Shown here piece after piece: positions 42,213 through 56,087 of a stretch of 64,000 nt of DNA. This DNA comes from Octopus vulgaris (Eukaryota). Location: assembly GCA_951406725.2 (NCBI GenBank), contig OX597814.1, positions 98,518,001-98,582,000 of the forward strand. Reading direction: 5' to 3'. The notes beneath the pieces are model-generated. The model was not told where the DNA came from. It did no database searches and worked only from the letters and a program-made list of their open reading frames with translations. The position numbers and the translations under genes were made by a program. Numbering within the stretch: the first letter of the stretch is position 1; each line of letters opens with the position of its first letter.

Positions 42213-42477
42213 CTACAATGAGAAAGAAACGTACAAAATGTGAACGAGTTACAATATGGCTTTGATACATTCATTTATTCATTCATTCTTCCTCTCTTTA
42301 TTTTCTTATTTCTTTCTCTCGTTCTTTCTTTGTCTTATTTTTGTCAGTTTTATATGAAAGAGAAACCAATATTGGATAGGAATAAGAATGAAATTATCAA
42401 TGCACGTGTGTATATATAGGATATCATATGTGTATGTATGTGTGCGTGTATGGATTCATATATATATACATAAATAC

Positions 42478-42540
<63 letters not shown>

Positions 42541-42544
42541 CATA

Positions 42545-42612
<68 letters not shown>

Positions 42613-44874
42613 GTATGTATTCACATATATTCACATACACACGTACATACATAGAATGAGGTGGGGAGAGGTAATCATGCAAATAAACACGTTTGGACTT
42701 GATATAGAAATACACACACACACACACATTTATATGTATATAGGGATAATACAAAATAGAATATAACAAGATTCCTGTATGAAACGTCTAAAGTTTTACT
42801 GTACAAGTTATCGGTCACTAACTTAATGATGGTGGCTATTAACCTCACTTTTAAACTATATATTTAAGATATAAGCATTTATATTGCGTAAACGAGCCGG
42901 TTATTTAACCTAGATCATTGTACATCTTCAGATATAACATATCTAAAGACATTCGATGACAGATCCCAAATAAAAGCAGTATAGGTATAGTCTCTTAAGA
43001 TTAACTTAATATTTCAAAAATGATCATCTTAAGATTTCCTTTACTGCATACCTTAAAGCTGGTTTCATAGGGTCAAAGATCAAAACAGAAGCTAAAGCTA
43101 AGAAATAGAAGAGGAGATTATTAACAGTATATATCAGAAACAAGTAATTCAGAGTGAACAGACATTCACGGTTGATTTCCGATTCAAGTACATAAAGCAT
43201 TAGTGAAGAGACTTTTAATTGACTGTTTTGTATTTGTGTAATTATAAAAACAAAAAATAATTCGAACATGAATAGACCAACCGATAGTTGGATTAACGTC
43301 ATTAGTCAGATGTAAAGCACAGCTGTTCTGTTATATGTAAGAAAACATACGAAACAATTTCTTTGCTTTACCTCAACATAAAAGAACATATATTCCGGGG
43401 CCGTTTTAACAACATTAAGAGCCACAGAGCAAATCAACTCACTGGGCACGATGCGTATATTTACTTCTTGATATCAAGCTACAGCAGAGATAGATCAGAA
43501 GTGCCCAGTGTTCACATGCCTTATGACGGCTCTGTATAATATTTAACAACTCACTAAAATTTCCATTGTAGAGAGCCGGAAAAAAATAGTTTTATCTATA
43601 AGAAAAACATCACACGCGCAATGAACAGGACTCCGAAATCGAAACTGAATGTCTGTATGCAATGAAGTGTGAGTTTGAGTTTGTAAACTACAGTGACAAC
43701 GTCAGATATGTTTTAGATTATGTAAAACCTTTTCAGTAATAAAGTAGAAACTATGCATATTTGACAATAGAAATGAATGACAAAATGGGTTGATTTTTAG
43801 CAAAACATATAAAATGTTAAACAATTTAAAAGAATTTCCTGTGCGTAGTCTTCTGCGTAAAGTACACATGGTTAAAGTGGGAAATACTAAATGAAGTGAG
43901 CCAAAGAAGTCTAAGAAAACCGTAACAAATTGTGTCACTGAAATTATTGGAAAATATTTATGCGCGCGTGTCTGAGAGCACATGCATGTGCGCATGTGTG
44001 CACAAGTGCGTGCGCGCGTGTGTATATATATGTGTGCGTGTGCATGTAAGTATATCTATATGTGTGTGTGTGTGTGTTCGTACAGGTACAAGGTGTGTGT
44101 GTGTGTGTGTGTGTACGAATATGTGTACGATGTACACGTGTATATGTATATTTTCCTTGCATCGGTCTCTCAACTTGTGACCGAATTTCATGGTCACTGT
44201 CATGACTTCATCAAAGCCTGGTGGACGTCATCCCTATCCAGGTCTAACAACAACAGATTTCTTGCAGAAAGAACCAGAGAAAGATAGAAAGAGACAAAAA
44301 TATTGAGCAAAACATTAAACTGGTATTCTGTTTCATTGACACCGAAAGGATGAACGGTAGGGTTGCTCTATGTACGATTTCAACTAAGGGTTCAGGGAGC
44401 CAGGACTATTACTGAAAGACTACTATCTAGTTCTCTAAGTAATGAATACCAAAAGAACAAGAATCACGAAATCTCTGTAACCCCTGCTCTTTTTATCATG
44501 CATTAATTGATAATGTTCTGTACTCTCCTGACGTTTTACTCTAATCTAAATAGATATAGAAAAGAAGATACATTGTGCGTTTGTGGACGTATGTATGCGA
44601 TTGTGCTTTCTTCCTACATATCAGTGTATATCTTCCTACATATCAGTGTAAATCGATACTTCGAGTTATAGAAAGGTAATGTATGGTAATTGAGAAGGCA
44701 AAAATTTGGTGATTTGATTAAATAAAGAACAATTAAAGAAGAAATTAGCATTGAGAGCCGATATTATCGATTAAGTTCCTTCGGTGTAGTGCTCCAACAT
44801 GACCTCAGTCGGATAAGTGAAACCAGTCCAAGGATAAAAGCAATAAGCAAATATATTATAGCGCTGATATTATA

Positions 44875-45075
44875 GGGTGAAATGCGTAGCAGTATTTTGT
44901 CTGCCGTTACGTTCTGAGTTCAAATTCCGCTGAGGTCGACTTTGCCTTTTACCCTTTTGGGGTCGATAAATTAAGTAGAAGTACCCAATGAGGTCGATAT
45001 CATCGACTTAACCCATCTGTCTGTCCTTGCTTGTCCCCTCTATGTTTAGCCCCTTGTGGGTAGTAAAGAAATAGA
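44875..45075 (+). mobile_element. SINE family B with tail type 1
   Basis: gaaatgcgtagcagtattttgtctgccgttacgttctgagttcaaattccgc..gccccttgtgggtagtaaagaaata. Confidence 0.8.
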
Positions 45076-45427
45076 ATACACAGCAATTGCCTGCTAATTC
45101 AATCAGTAAGTAATGCAGGTGATTAAACAACTAAATACCTAAACACTTATTATCGCAATAATCAGTGATTTATTTACCAGATTACTATTACAGCATCGGT
45201 TATAAATAAATACTTGCAGGGAATAATAACTGTATGTATTTAGTCTCACTGTGAAACTAAGGCTCATGAGAGCAAGCGCAGTAGATTTAAGCGGATCCCG
45301 ATACAGTGTTAACTAACAATGAAACCAGTCATTTCGACCCCCATCCCAAGCAACGAGAAATGCCCTTACAAGACCTAATTTTGCAGAGAGATGTGATACA
45401 TTCCCATATGACTCCAAGTATTTATGC

Positions 45428-45781
45428 AATATTCTTTTCTACTCTAGGCACAAAGCCCGAAATTTTGGAGGAGGGAGCCAGTCGATTAGATCGATCCAGT
45501 ACGCATCTGGCACTTAATTTGAACTCACAACGTAACGGCAGACGAAATACCTATTTCTACTGCCCACAAGGGGCTAAACACAGAGAGGACAAACAAGGAC
45601 AGACAAACAGATTAAGTCGATTACATCGACTCCAGTGCGTAACTGGTACTTAATTTATCGACCCCGAAAGGATGAAAGGGAAAGTCGACCTCGGCGGAAT
45701 TTGAACTCAGAACGTAACGGCAGACGAAATACGACAACGCATTTCACCCGGCGTGCTAACGTTTCTGCCTGCTCGCCGCCT
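45428..45781 (-). mobile_element. Dimeric SINE family B (monomer with tail 1 fused to a headless body with tail 2)
   Basis: Minus strand head-body-..gtgggcagtagaaata|ggtatttcgtctgccgttacgttgtgagttcaaat..ccaaaatttcgggctttgtgcctagagtagaaaagaatatt. Confidence 0.8.
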
Positions 45782-46271
45782 TAATATCTATGCAATATTC
45801 ATGCAATTCTGTTATTCTTCCTTCTATTTCGAACGAAGGAAAATGATGAATAACGTTATATATATTTTCTAAGAATTCAGGTATTTGTCAATCTACTGAA
45901 AAGGCCTCTACCCTCTATATGTAGTTTTCTCAGTTCGCTGGCAATACGCTTCTGACAAAATTCAATTTACTTTCTTAAACTAATTTCAAATTTTGGCATA
46001 AAGCCAGTAATTTTGGAGAAGGGGATAAATTGATTACATCAAACCAAGTATTCAGTTGGTACTTATTTTATCAACTCCGAAAGGATGAAAGACAAAGTTG
46101 ACCTCGGTTGGATTTGGACTCAGAGCATTTTACAGCTAAGCATTCTGCCACTAAGCATTTTGCCCGCTGTGCTAAAAATTCTTGCTGCTTTTTTACATTT
46201 CCTGTATTAAAACCAAAACTTTTATTGGGAGAATATAAGAAAGAAGTGGAAAATAAGATGTGATAAATTAC

Positions 46272-46351
46272 ATAATCTATTTCTCCTCGGAAATTTTCAT
46301 ATCCATAACCAGCACCAATTACCAAACTATTTGACTTTCCTTCAATTGTTC
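46272..46351 (-). CDS. Pif/LamG3-like protein exon (LamG-like domain)
   Basis: ttttcag|GA..TAT|gtaatt. Encodes GTIEGKSNSLVIGAGYGYENFRGEIDY (L.IG....F.G.ID motif). Confidence 0.88.
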
Positions 46352-46708
46352 CTGAAAAATGCAAAAGTAAATAACATAGATTAAATCCAATTCATTAAGA
46401 TTCGTTCCAGTTTATAGGACTGTATATATCTTTATACACGAAACAAGATATTTTAAAGAGAGGACTTGAGGACTTGGGATACGCATTTCTTTATAGGAGG
46501 ATTCTTGATAAATTAATGAAATGGATAAAACTGATTGGTAAATATCTCAACATTTGATCTCTTAACTGTGCTTGTTTCCTATAAAGAATAATTGATCGAT
46601 TAGACAATGCTTATGTTTACAGATTGATATGTAATTTTCTTTTTAAATGAATATTTTTTTCCTTTTCACACTTATTAATAACATCAAAAGAAATAATGAC
46701 AATATTAC

Positions 46709-46799
46709 CTGATACTGGTGTCTTCTGAACATAATCACCAACCTGGGCAATAAGTTGATTACCATCATATATCCACCCAACATTTTCCCAATCAGAACC
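46709..46799 (-). CDS. Pif/LamG3-like protein exon (LamG-like domain)
   Basis: ttttag|GGT..TCA G|gtaata. Encodes GSDWENVGWIYDGNQLIAQVGDYVQKTPVS (W..V...YDG..L...V motif); phase 0-1. Confidence 0.88.
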
Positions 46800-47773
46800 C
46801 TAAAACACAAGGCATTGAAGGAATATATAATAGTCAATTTACTGATTCATAAGGCACTGGGATGAAATAAAAATTCCTTTCCTATCAATATTATTGAAAA
46901 AAAATTATTATTAAAAAAAAGTAACATAAAATGAAGTTAAATATCTATAAAAATTTCATTTTAAAACCGTTATGAACATTAAGTGTAAATAGACTCTTAA
47001 AATGGTTTCATATTTTAGTACATAGTCAACAGTTTGAAAAGACGAGGAGTCACCGATTACATCGATCTCAGCATTTGAATGGTTCTTTATTTTATCGATT
47101 CCGTAAGGATGAGAGGTAAAGTTAATTTCGTGATATTTGTACTCAGAAACTGTTATAATTGCGGTTCCACAGCATGGATTCTGTCTCTGGGCTACTACAC
47201 ATAAAAAGGTAGAAGTAACATCCACAGTTATTTGCTTAGGTCATTTCACTTTTATCTTTTATCCATCAATCAATCAATCTATCCAAAAAAATCGACGGCT
47301 TGAAGATATAGAAACAGTTGAACATAAAAACCTGTAATGACAACTGAACCTTTATTTTTATTGTCTGTCTCAATATCCTATTATATTACATTTAAAATAA
47401 TGTAACTGCTTTCCACGACTGCGCTCCCTTCAATCAACGCTCACTCTCCCTCCCTCCTTCTCTCCTTCTCTCCCCCTTTCTCTCTCTCTCTCTCTACCTC
47501 TCGCTTCAATTATACATGTTCCGGTACTTAACATGTTTGTACCCTCTCTACTTTCCTCTTCTTTCTCTTACCTCTCAGCACAAACACACTTCTCCCTCCC
47601 CCTCCCCCTCCCTTTGCTGCACCCTTAAACTAACTAGCATCAAACATTCGACTTTAGCGTAATAACTATTATTTCTCCCTATTTTACTTTCTTAACACTT
47701 CCTTCTCCCTCTTCTCCCCTCACTTTTTGCCTCTCGGTTCAACTAGCTATGTGATAGCGTAACGCATTTACCA

Positions 47774-47827
<54 letters not shown>

Positions 47828-48073
47828 TTTTTGAGATTAATACAGGTTTATGCTATTTCTTTCTACGTATGTCTCACCATCGTGGTTGTTTGGAGCTCTG
47901 CATTGAATATTCCAAATCCAACTGGATATTTAAGCACAAAGGATTATCAGGGAACACTTTGTTGCATTGTCACAAAGAATTAAAATAAAAATCAAGTCAT
48001 GCTTACGAATGCGTGTTGCTTTTATCATAATGTTAATATACATGAAGATACATATAGAAAATGTTTAACTTAC

Positions 48074-48438
48074 TGAAGCTAAAATCTTGATTGATTTGTA
48101 ACCTTGTTGTAGTGTTCGAATTCCGAATTCTATATAGCTTGATGTGGCTACGATTAAAATGGATGGTGACTGCATGTTATTACTGTTGGTTATAAGAGCG
48201 TATGGTTTCATACCCAATTGGCTCTTTTCTAGGCGGTATCGAAGTGAAATGGCTATTGGAGGAATGGTATTTCCGAAATTGAATTTCGTAAGAAGTATTT
48301 GGCAATAACCATCGAACACTCCAGTGTAGTTATCTTCAGCTTCTGTGTTGTATCTAGTTGTAACGCCTTTTACGTGTAGGAATCGCGAATTGGTCTGGTT
48401 AAGACTTCGAAAGTTAATATTCACAGTTGGTTTGCAAT
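48074..48438 (-). CDS. Pif/LamG3-like protein exon (start of LamG-like domain)
   Basis: aaaag|AT..TCA|gtaagt. Encodes DCKPTVNINF..GVFDGYCQILLTKFN..IAISLRYR..ALITNS..PSILIVATSSYIEFGIRT..KILAS; phase 1-0. Confidence 0.88.
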
Positions 48439-48529
48439 CTTTTCAAAGTAAGAATTAAAAATAAGACAAAATGAAAGGATGAAAAACAAGAATTACGAAG
48501 GAATGTCTTGACATAGAGAAAACTTACAT

Positions 48530-48620
<91 letters not shown>

Positions 48621-49059
48621 CATACACACACGCACACACACTATATATATATATGTACACAAACACACACACACATATGAGTGCGTATATATATGTAGGT
48701 AGGTAGGTACGCGTGTATGTATGTATATATGTCATTATTCAGTTTTATTTCAAGATTTCTTGTCAGTAGAGGAAGAGCCGGTTTCAAGCCTAGATCCAGA
48801 GCTCCTTCATTGGAATTTCAACAACATCAACAGGGTATTTTTGCATGTATGTGCGTTTTTATGTGCAGTATTTGGAGTCAGTGTATGTGCAGACTTGTAT
48901 ATTTTGTTTTATGTATGTATTCTCATGCATATAGTTGCATGTCTAGACATGCACATATATACTTAAACGATAAACGTATAAAAAGTTTTACAAATATTTA
49001 GAGTTCCAATGATGGCTTGGATCTACAGTTTTCGAATCAGTCTTCTCCTATTTGGTTTT

Positions 49060-49330
49060 GAGACACCTAATTTCTCAAGATAGGTACTTAGGCAGTATGT
49101 TATACATACCAGTGCCCCAATAATGACAGGTATAAACTCTGGGTAGAGTAACTAATTTTTTCGATAGTTCAGCGTAGGTAGTTCCTTTTTCATTGGATCT
49201 TAGTCTTATGTTAACATTTGCTGGGCAGCTAATTTCTACTACTGTACAAAGTTTCTCTTCTTTGTCCCACATCAGTATGCCAGGTCCATTATATTCACAT
49301 TTTATGAGGCATTCACTGGGACATTGCACT
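49060..49330 (-). mobile_element. R4/Dong-clade retrotransposon endonuclease remnant
   Basis: NGPGILMWDKEEKLCTVVEISCPANVNI..NEKGTTYAEL resembles the RPD..D/E..P..EK..KY..L restriction-like endonuclease motif. Confidence 0.7.
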
Positions 49331-50964
49331 AGTAATCTAGATCAGTATGACTTCTACATACTGTGAGTTCTTAGTTCCATGTATGTATGTATGTATGTAT
49401 GTATGTATGTATGTATGTATGTATGTATGTATGTATGTATGTATGTATGTATGTATGTATGTATGTATGTATGTATCTACGTATGCATGTATGTATTCGG
49501 TTGTGCTGACTTCTACTTATAATCTAGTGACGAAAAGATGAAATATAGTTCAGAAATAGATGTTATTTACTCATGAGGCTCATGCCGAGAATCTGAAATA
49601 GCATTTCTATTCGTTCTCGATATATTCTGTCGTGGTCGAGCGTGAATATCTAATCGCTGTTAGTCGTCATTATCAGAGAACATCTCCCTTGAGACGCTAT
49701 ATGTTCATAACACACGTGATTCACCGATAAAACAAGACTTTGAGACACCACCTTCTAGAGTGTGCCCTCAGTCAAAGCTAACCCACCGGACCAATAAATC
49801 TAACGAGATTACTGACTTTGAAAATGAATACAAAAGTTACTGCTTGTTACATAATATATTGGTCTAGGCATTTTTCCAGCACTAATTTAATGGCTTTAAT
49901 GCTTCAATCCCATGTATTCAAAGAAAGAACCCTGCTTTATATTCAATCCATAGAACTTGGGTACGCTTTAAAGCTACACCTCCCTTTTCTTTCTCTGTTA
50001 CAGATATAGTCCCTGCTGCTTTCGACTACATATTCCCCCGTTTCAAGCCAACGAGGGAGACTTTACTTGCCTGCTTGACCTTGTGGAAGTAGCAGTAAAA
50101 TTTCCCTCAAATCATACTCGACTTAAAAACAATGAATATATTGGTTAATACTGGCCAATTGACACTATGTCAACAAAAGACAAAATTATCGAGTATGGAG
50201 CATTTCCAATAATAGAATTGTTGAATCAGGACTTGCCGATAACAACAATAACTGACACGTTAATTACACAACTATAAACTTGTATCTAATCTTCTTCACC
50301 TATGCTTTGTAAAGGTGAAACCTAAATCGCAGGACTCACTACTATACCTGTACATATTTTTTTTAGCGAGCACTCTAAAACTTTCTATGAATTGAAGACT
50401 TGATGACAGTTATCAATTGTTATTTAGATCTATCAATTGAAAACATAATAAACTATTCAGATCTATCAATTGAAACCACAAACATTCTCATGAATCCTAA
50501 CAAGACCACGGGTGTTACAGGGAAGAAATCATTAAAAATCCAAGTATTAGCGATAACAAGTCATGCCAACAAAGATAGTGATTAGATTATAAAATCAACA
50601 CATCTGATAGCGTGATTTACCTCCATTGTCTTAAGCAAATGACAGCCACCTAATATAGTTCATATTCTTTCACTGAGTGGCTAAAGGAAGTTCAATTTCA
50701 GCTAGCTCTAAGTCGGTACCACGAAGAGATAATGTTTACGGTTACTAATATAAATAGTACCATAAAACTGAAGAATGTCTCGTTAGCCTCGACAGGTTGT
50801 CGGGGCCTCGGAGATGGTAAAGGAAGGAAACTTACTCAATTGGTCACTTGAAGATAGGCCTTTCTGGGTGCCCTAATAACTCGATACATTAACCGAATAA
50901 CTTCTATCAGTAGGGGATAAATTAAAATTTGTATATAAAAAAAAGGATATGGAAAATAATATAC

Positions 50965-52985
50965 CTAATCCTGTTGGTCGTACTGGTGAATCTGTAGCGG
51001 TTCTTGTACAGATGCATCTTGTATTGTCTAAACGTTCTCCATTCTGACAAATTGGAGCATTTGGACAGAAGACATTAACACATCTACAGTTAATGAGATC
51101 AAGCTGCTCACCAGGTGTACATACTGGTGGCGTAATGCACTGAGTGATACATCGGCATTGCACATAATCAAATCTTTGGTTTGCATTGCAGTTGCTTACC
51201 ACGGAACAACGACTTTCACAGCGACAAGTATCGTAGTTTATTCGTTCCTCATTTCGGCAGGTTGGCAAATAATTACATTTATTTTCACATTGACATGTAA
51301 TATCATTGAACCGTTGTTTATTGACGTCACAAATTCTCACAGTTTGGCATCGAGGCTCACAGCGACAGGTATCATAATTAACTTTTTCATTTGCTCTGCA
51401 GGAAATTGCATAACCGCATTTTTCTTCGCATTGGCATGTGATATCGTTGAACTTTTGAGAAATACCACAAGACTGTACGTTTCGACAACGAGGCTCACAG
51501 CGACAGGTATCATAATTAACTTTTTCATTTGCTCTGCAGAAACTGCATAACTGCATTTTTCTTCGCATTGGCATGTGATATCGTTGAACTTTTGAGAAAT
51601 ACCACAAGACTGTACGTTTCGACAACGAGGCTCACAGCGACAGGTATCATAATTAACTTTTTCATTTGCTCTGCAGGAAACTGCATAACTGTATCATGAT
51701 ATCGTTGAACTTTTGAGAAATACCACAAGACTGTACGTTTCGACAGCGAGGCTGTATCATAATTAACTCTTTCATTTGCTCTGCAGGAAACTGCATAACT
51801 GCATTTTTCTTCGCATTGGCATGTGATATCGTTGAACTTTTGAGAAATACTACAAGACTGTACGTTTCGACAACGAGGCTCACAGCGACAGGTATCATAA
51901 TTAACTCTTTCATTTGCTCTGCAGGAAACTGCATAACTGCATTTTTCTTCGCATTGGCATGTGATATCGTTAAACTTTTGAGAAATACCACAAGACTGTA
52001 CATTTTCGACAACGAGGCTCACAGCGACAGGTATCATAATTAACTTTTTCATTTGCTCTGCAGGAAACTGCATAACTGCATTTTTCTTCGCATTGGCATG
52101 TGATATCGTTGAACTTTTGAGAAATACCACAAGACTGTACATTTTGACAACGAGGCTCACAACGACAGGTATCATAATTAACTTTTTCATTTGCTCTGCA
52201 GGAAACTGCATAACTGCATTTTTCTTCGCATTGGCATGTGATATCGTTGAACTTTTGAGAAATACCACAAGATTGTACGTTTCGACAACGAGGCTCACAA
52301 CGACAGGTATCATAATTAACTTTTTCATTTGCTCTGCAGGAAACTGCATAACTGCATTTTTCTTCGCATTGGCATGTGATATCGTTGAACTTTTGAGAAA
52401 TACCACAAGACTGTACGTTTCGACAACGAGGCTCACAGCGACAGGTATCATAATTAACTTTTTCATTTGCTCTGCAGGAAACTGCATAACTGCATTTTTC
52501 TTCGCATTGGCATGTGATATCGTTGAACTTTTGAGAAATACCACAAGACTGTACGTTTTGACAACGAGGCTCACAACGACAGGTATCATAATTAACTCTT
52601 TCATTTGCTCTGCAGGAAACTGCATAACTGCATTTTTCTTCACATTGGCATGTGATATCGTTGAACTTTTGAGAAATACCACAAGACTGTACGTTTCGAC
52701 AACGAGCCTCACAACGACAGGTATCATAATTTATCTTTTCATCATTACGGCAATACAATGTTGGGCATTTGGAAACACATTGGCATGAAATCAAATCAAG
52801 AGTTTGCGAACCACTGCATGGCTGAGTAAAAGGACAAGCTTTTTGGCATCGGCAACTTGTAGTATTCAGTCGTTCATCAGCACCGCAGTTTGGTGGATAA
52901 GCACATTTCGGCAAACACCGACAATTTTGATAATCAAGGGTTTCAGAAATTTGGCATTTTGGTATGGGAAAGCAGCGTTGCGATG
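50965..52985 (-). CDS. Pif/LamG3-like protein, giant Cys-rich repeat exon (frame broken in this sequence)
   Basis: ttgtag|CA..TTA G|gtat, phase 1-1. About 29 modules of C-x5-C-x10-C-x-C-x3. The length of 2021 nt is off-frame, matching indels of +1 (~52004), -11 (~51753), -17 (~51692) and -1 (~51539). Confidence 0.85.
51367..52735. repeat. Coding tandem repeat, 10 x 138 bp (46 aa)
   Basis: Anchor aggtatcataatt at 51367, 51505, 51642, (51752), 51890, 52029, 52167, 52305, 52443, 52581 and 52719. Unit: CRNVQSCGISQKFNDITCQCEEKCSYAVSCRANEKVNYDTCRCEPR. Confidence 0.97.
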
Positions 52986-53827
52986 CTACAAATTAAAAAT
53001 ATATAATACCATTATTTATAATAGACTCAAACTGTGACATTTTATTTTTCTATAACAAAATTATACATATATTCGTTTCAATGTTTGACACTAGGCCAGC
53101 AATTTCGGTGCGGGTGTTAGTCTCAATCGGTACTTAATTTATTGACCATAGAAAGGATGAATGACAAATTCGACCCCGTAACAATTTGAACTCAGAAAGT
53201 AAGACTGGACGAAATATCACTAAGCATGCTAACGATTCTGCTAGCTCGCCATCTTATGCATACATTGAAATACATTTTAATATATACTGTGTCTGACTAA
53301 GTATCGGGCAAGTTTCATACTGGAAATGGTCCGGATTTCTGGATTTTACTTGTAGAGACAGTTGAAATATATACTTAAAATGTATGATAAACTATATAAA
53401 GTAAAGGACAAAACTGTATTCACAAGTCAAAATAATATACTTCTAAAGCAGGATCTGCCTCATAATTATTAAACCACTTTAAAGTTTTAAAGTATATCAT
53501 ATTGCACCATGTATACGGTATAATGCTTATAGGATGAAAATTAATCCAAGACAAATTTAATAGATACAGGTACAAATTAATACACTTCTAAAACAGAGTG
53601 TTTAATCTTTTTCTATCTACTTAAAATGTAAACAACAAAGCTATTTTTAACAAACCGTATGCAAATTGACTAACAAAGCAGCTGCACGGCAAACTAGGGC
53701 TGGCGCGTGAAATTCAAAACTAGCTAATTTCAAAAATAGTCGGGTTTTGGTAATTCCGGATGTCTGGAAGCCGGATAAGACGTCGATACTGTATTACATT
53801 TAATTTAGAGACCCAAAAATATCTTAC

Positions 53828-54025
53828 ATGGAGTAGTCATACCATAGGGTGTACATTCTCGGGAATCAAGGCAAGATCCTAACATCGAATGATAAGTTCC
53901 TGAAGCTTTCAGGTCTGCACAAGGTTGAATAGAAGTTGTTATTCCATAGCTGCAGACTCCCCACATTAAACATGATGTAGAATCTGTTTGATAGACGGCA
54001 GGATTTCCCAGTGTTTTGCATTTAT
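53828..54025 (-). CDS. Pif/LamG3-like protein exon (divergent six-Cys chitin-binding-like domain)
   Basis: tttcag|AT..CCA T|gtaaga, phase 1-1. Encodes DKCKTLGNPAVYQTDSTSCLMWGVCSYGITTSIQPCADLKASGTYHSMLGSCLDSRECTPYGMTTP. Confidence 0.82.
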
Positions 54026-54080
54026 CTGAAAGAAAAGATACATTAAAATATCAAGGATAACTTTGCATTTGTAAATATAT

Positions 54081-54307
54081 ACTCTTTTACTCTTTACTCT
54101 TTGACTTGTTTCAGTCATTTGACTGCGGCCACGCTGGAGCACAGCCTTTAATCGAGCTACTCGACCCCGGGACTTATTCTTTTGCAAGCCCAGTACTTAT
54201 TCTATCGGTCTCTTTTTCCGAACCGCTAAGTTACGGGGACATAAACATACCAGCATCGGTTGTCAAGCAATGCTAGAGGGACAAACACAGACACACAAAC
54301 ACACACA

Positions 54308-54344
<37 letters not shown>

Positions 54345-54506
54345 GACGGGCTTCTTTCAGTTTCCGTCTACCAAATCCACTCACAAGGCTTTGGTCGGCC
54401 CGAGGCTATAGTAGAAGACACTTGCCCAAGGTGCCACGCAGTGGAACTGAACTCGGAACCATGTGGTTGGTAAACAAGCTACTTACCACACAGCCACTCC
54501 TGCACC
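54081..54506 (-). mobile_element. tRNA-derived SINE, family A
   Basis: Collinear with 892-1282; intronic. Confidence 0.85.
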
Positions 54507-56087
54507 TATATATATGATTATATATGTTTTACTAAATGATTTCGTGCGATGGTGACAAATAACTCTAGCAATCAGTAGAGCCATTGAATTGCTGCTAAAC
54601 ACGCATGTCTGCCAGTTCCTGTGGGCTGTATTCTGTTTTTTTTTTTGTCTTCAATACTCTCATTCATTCAGTTTTTCTATATAGCATGTTATCCTCCACA
54701 ATTTCCGCCTTTTGCATTCTGATTAAACATTCACTCGATCTTTCTCAACTTCAAAACGAAAAAAATATATTCGAAATCAATTAGACATGAGTTGCTTCGT
54801 TACCTATATTTGTCACCTTGTCATCAACAATGAGCTCGTAACTCCCTTTAAGATAGTAGTAATTCTTGAAAGAAAATACCTCACGAATTACCGAAACCCT
54901 TTTGGGAGCGATGTTGATTGGGGGAAATTCCAAAACATTCCTTTCAATACATCGCCGTAAAATTTGATGATATACGAAATTATATGCCTCGTTGATTTGG
55001 TATTATATAAACATAGAAACTGGTTTAAATCCACCTTCCATCTGTATGTATAAGCGTCGATGTTTGCTATTTGCTTAAGAACAACATTACCATTTCTCAT
55101 ACAATCTTTACCATTTTCTGTAGAAAATGCATAAAAAACAACCTGTATCTTAGGTCCCCATGGGCTAAAACATTGAAGAGTCAAGAAAAGAGCAGTAGAG
55201 AGATTGAAATGCAGTTGTTGAGTTGGAGCGAGTTTTAATGAGATACATAAAGTGTTGTCAGAAAGGCACAGCGAATTTTTGTTTTCATTCTCTTTTATCA
55301 TTTTATAGTCTTTCATCCACTAAAGACACTCACACAATCTCTCTTCCATCTACCCATTTTGTATAATACATACACACACATACACACACATACTCACATT
55401 CATTCACACTCATATATATACACACACACACATAGAAACAAACTCATGTACATAGACACACACATATATACATACATAAAAATAAACACACACAACAACA
55501 CATAAGAAAATCATTTCCTTTCATACTTACGCTTGTTTGTATTTGTGAAATACACAGGTGTTAATTTTTATAACGTTTATATAAAATTCATTAGTACTAC
55601 TGAATATTTTAGAAACATGAACACGTTTAAACGTGAAACAATTAAAGAATATATGTTCAAATATTTTCCATGATTGTCAAAAGTACATACTAAATTTTCG
55701 AAGACATGACATTTTTAAATAAAGAATTTTAATGATGATTGTATACTAACATTCCAGCGGGCGACACGTTTAAAGAAACTATGTCTAGCCACTTAGAATA
55801 AAGAACTCAAAGATAAGTCTGAGAGTGAACGTTTACCATATATTTTGGGTGGAAATCTAATGGTCTCCCGGTATTGTTAGTGTTACCGAGAGAACCCTTT
55901 AACCCTTTAGAATTTTGATTACCTTGTAAAATGTAAGGCTTATTTATTTACATTGATTTGTATTATGCAGCTTCGAGACTTTGATGATGTGATTATTTAT
56001 TTTTAGAATAACATTCAAGGGTAGGAGTATGAGATTGGATCTGGCTGGTTTGAACACAAAACAGGTAAAATATTTGGGCCAGATGTG

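Noticed and set aside
45877-45951. Alternative last exon for the LamG gene (KRIASELRKLHIEGRGLFSRLTNT*)
   Set aside because: Does not fit the LamG C-terminal motif; 42180-42212 has a stronger acceptor and the expected VRFF.C ending.
51367-52735. Regular repeat considered as CRISPR-like
   Set aside because: Head-to-tail coding units with no unique spacers, in a eukaryotic exon.
51525-52788. 400-aa minus-strand alternative-frame ORF and 231-aa plus-strand ORF over the 138-bp array
   Set aside because: Open only because the repeat unit has no stop in those frames. Only the Cys frame continues into the diverged flanks and splice sites.
54888-55316. 142-aa non-repetitive minus-strand ORF in a Pif-like intron
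   Set aside because: No recognisable domain and no phase-1 splice pair identified; plausible by chance or as decayed TE sequence.
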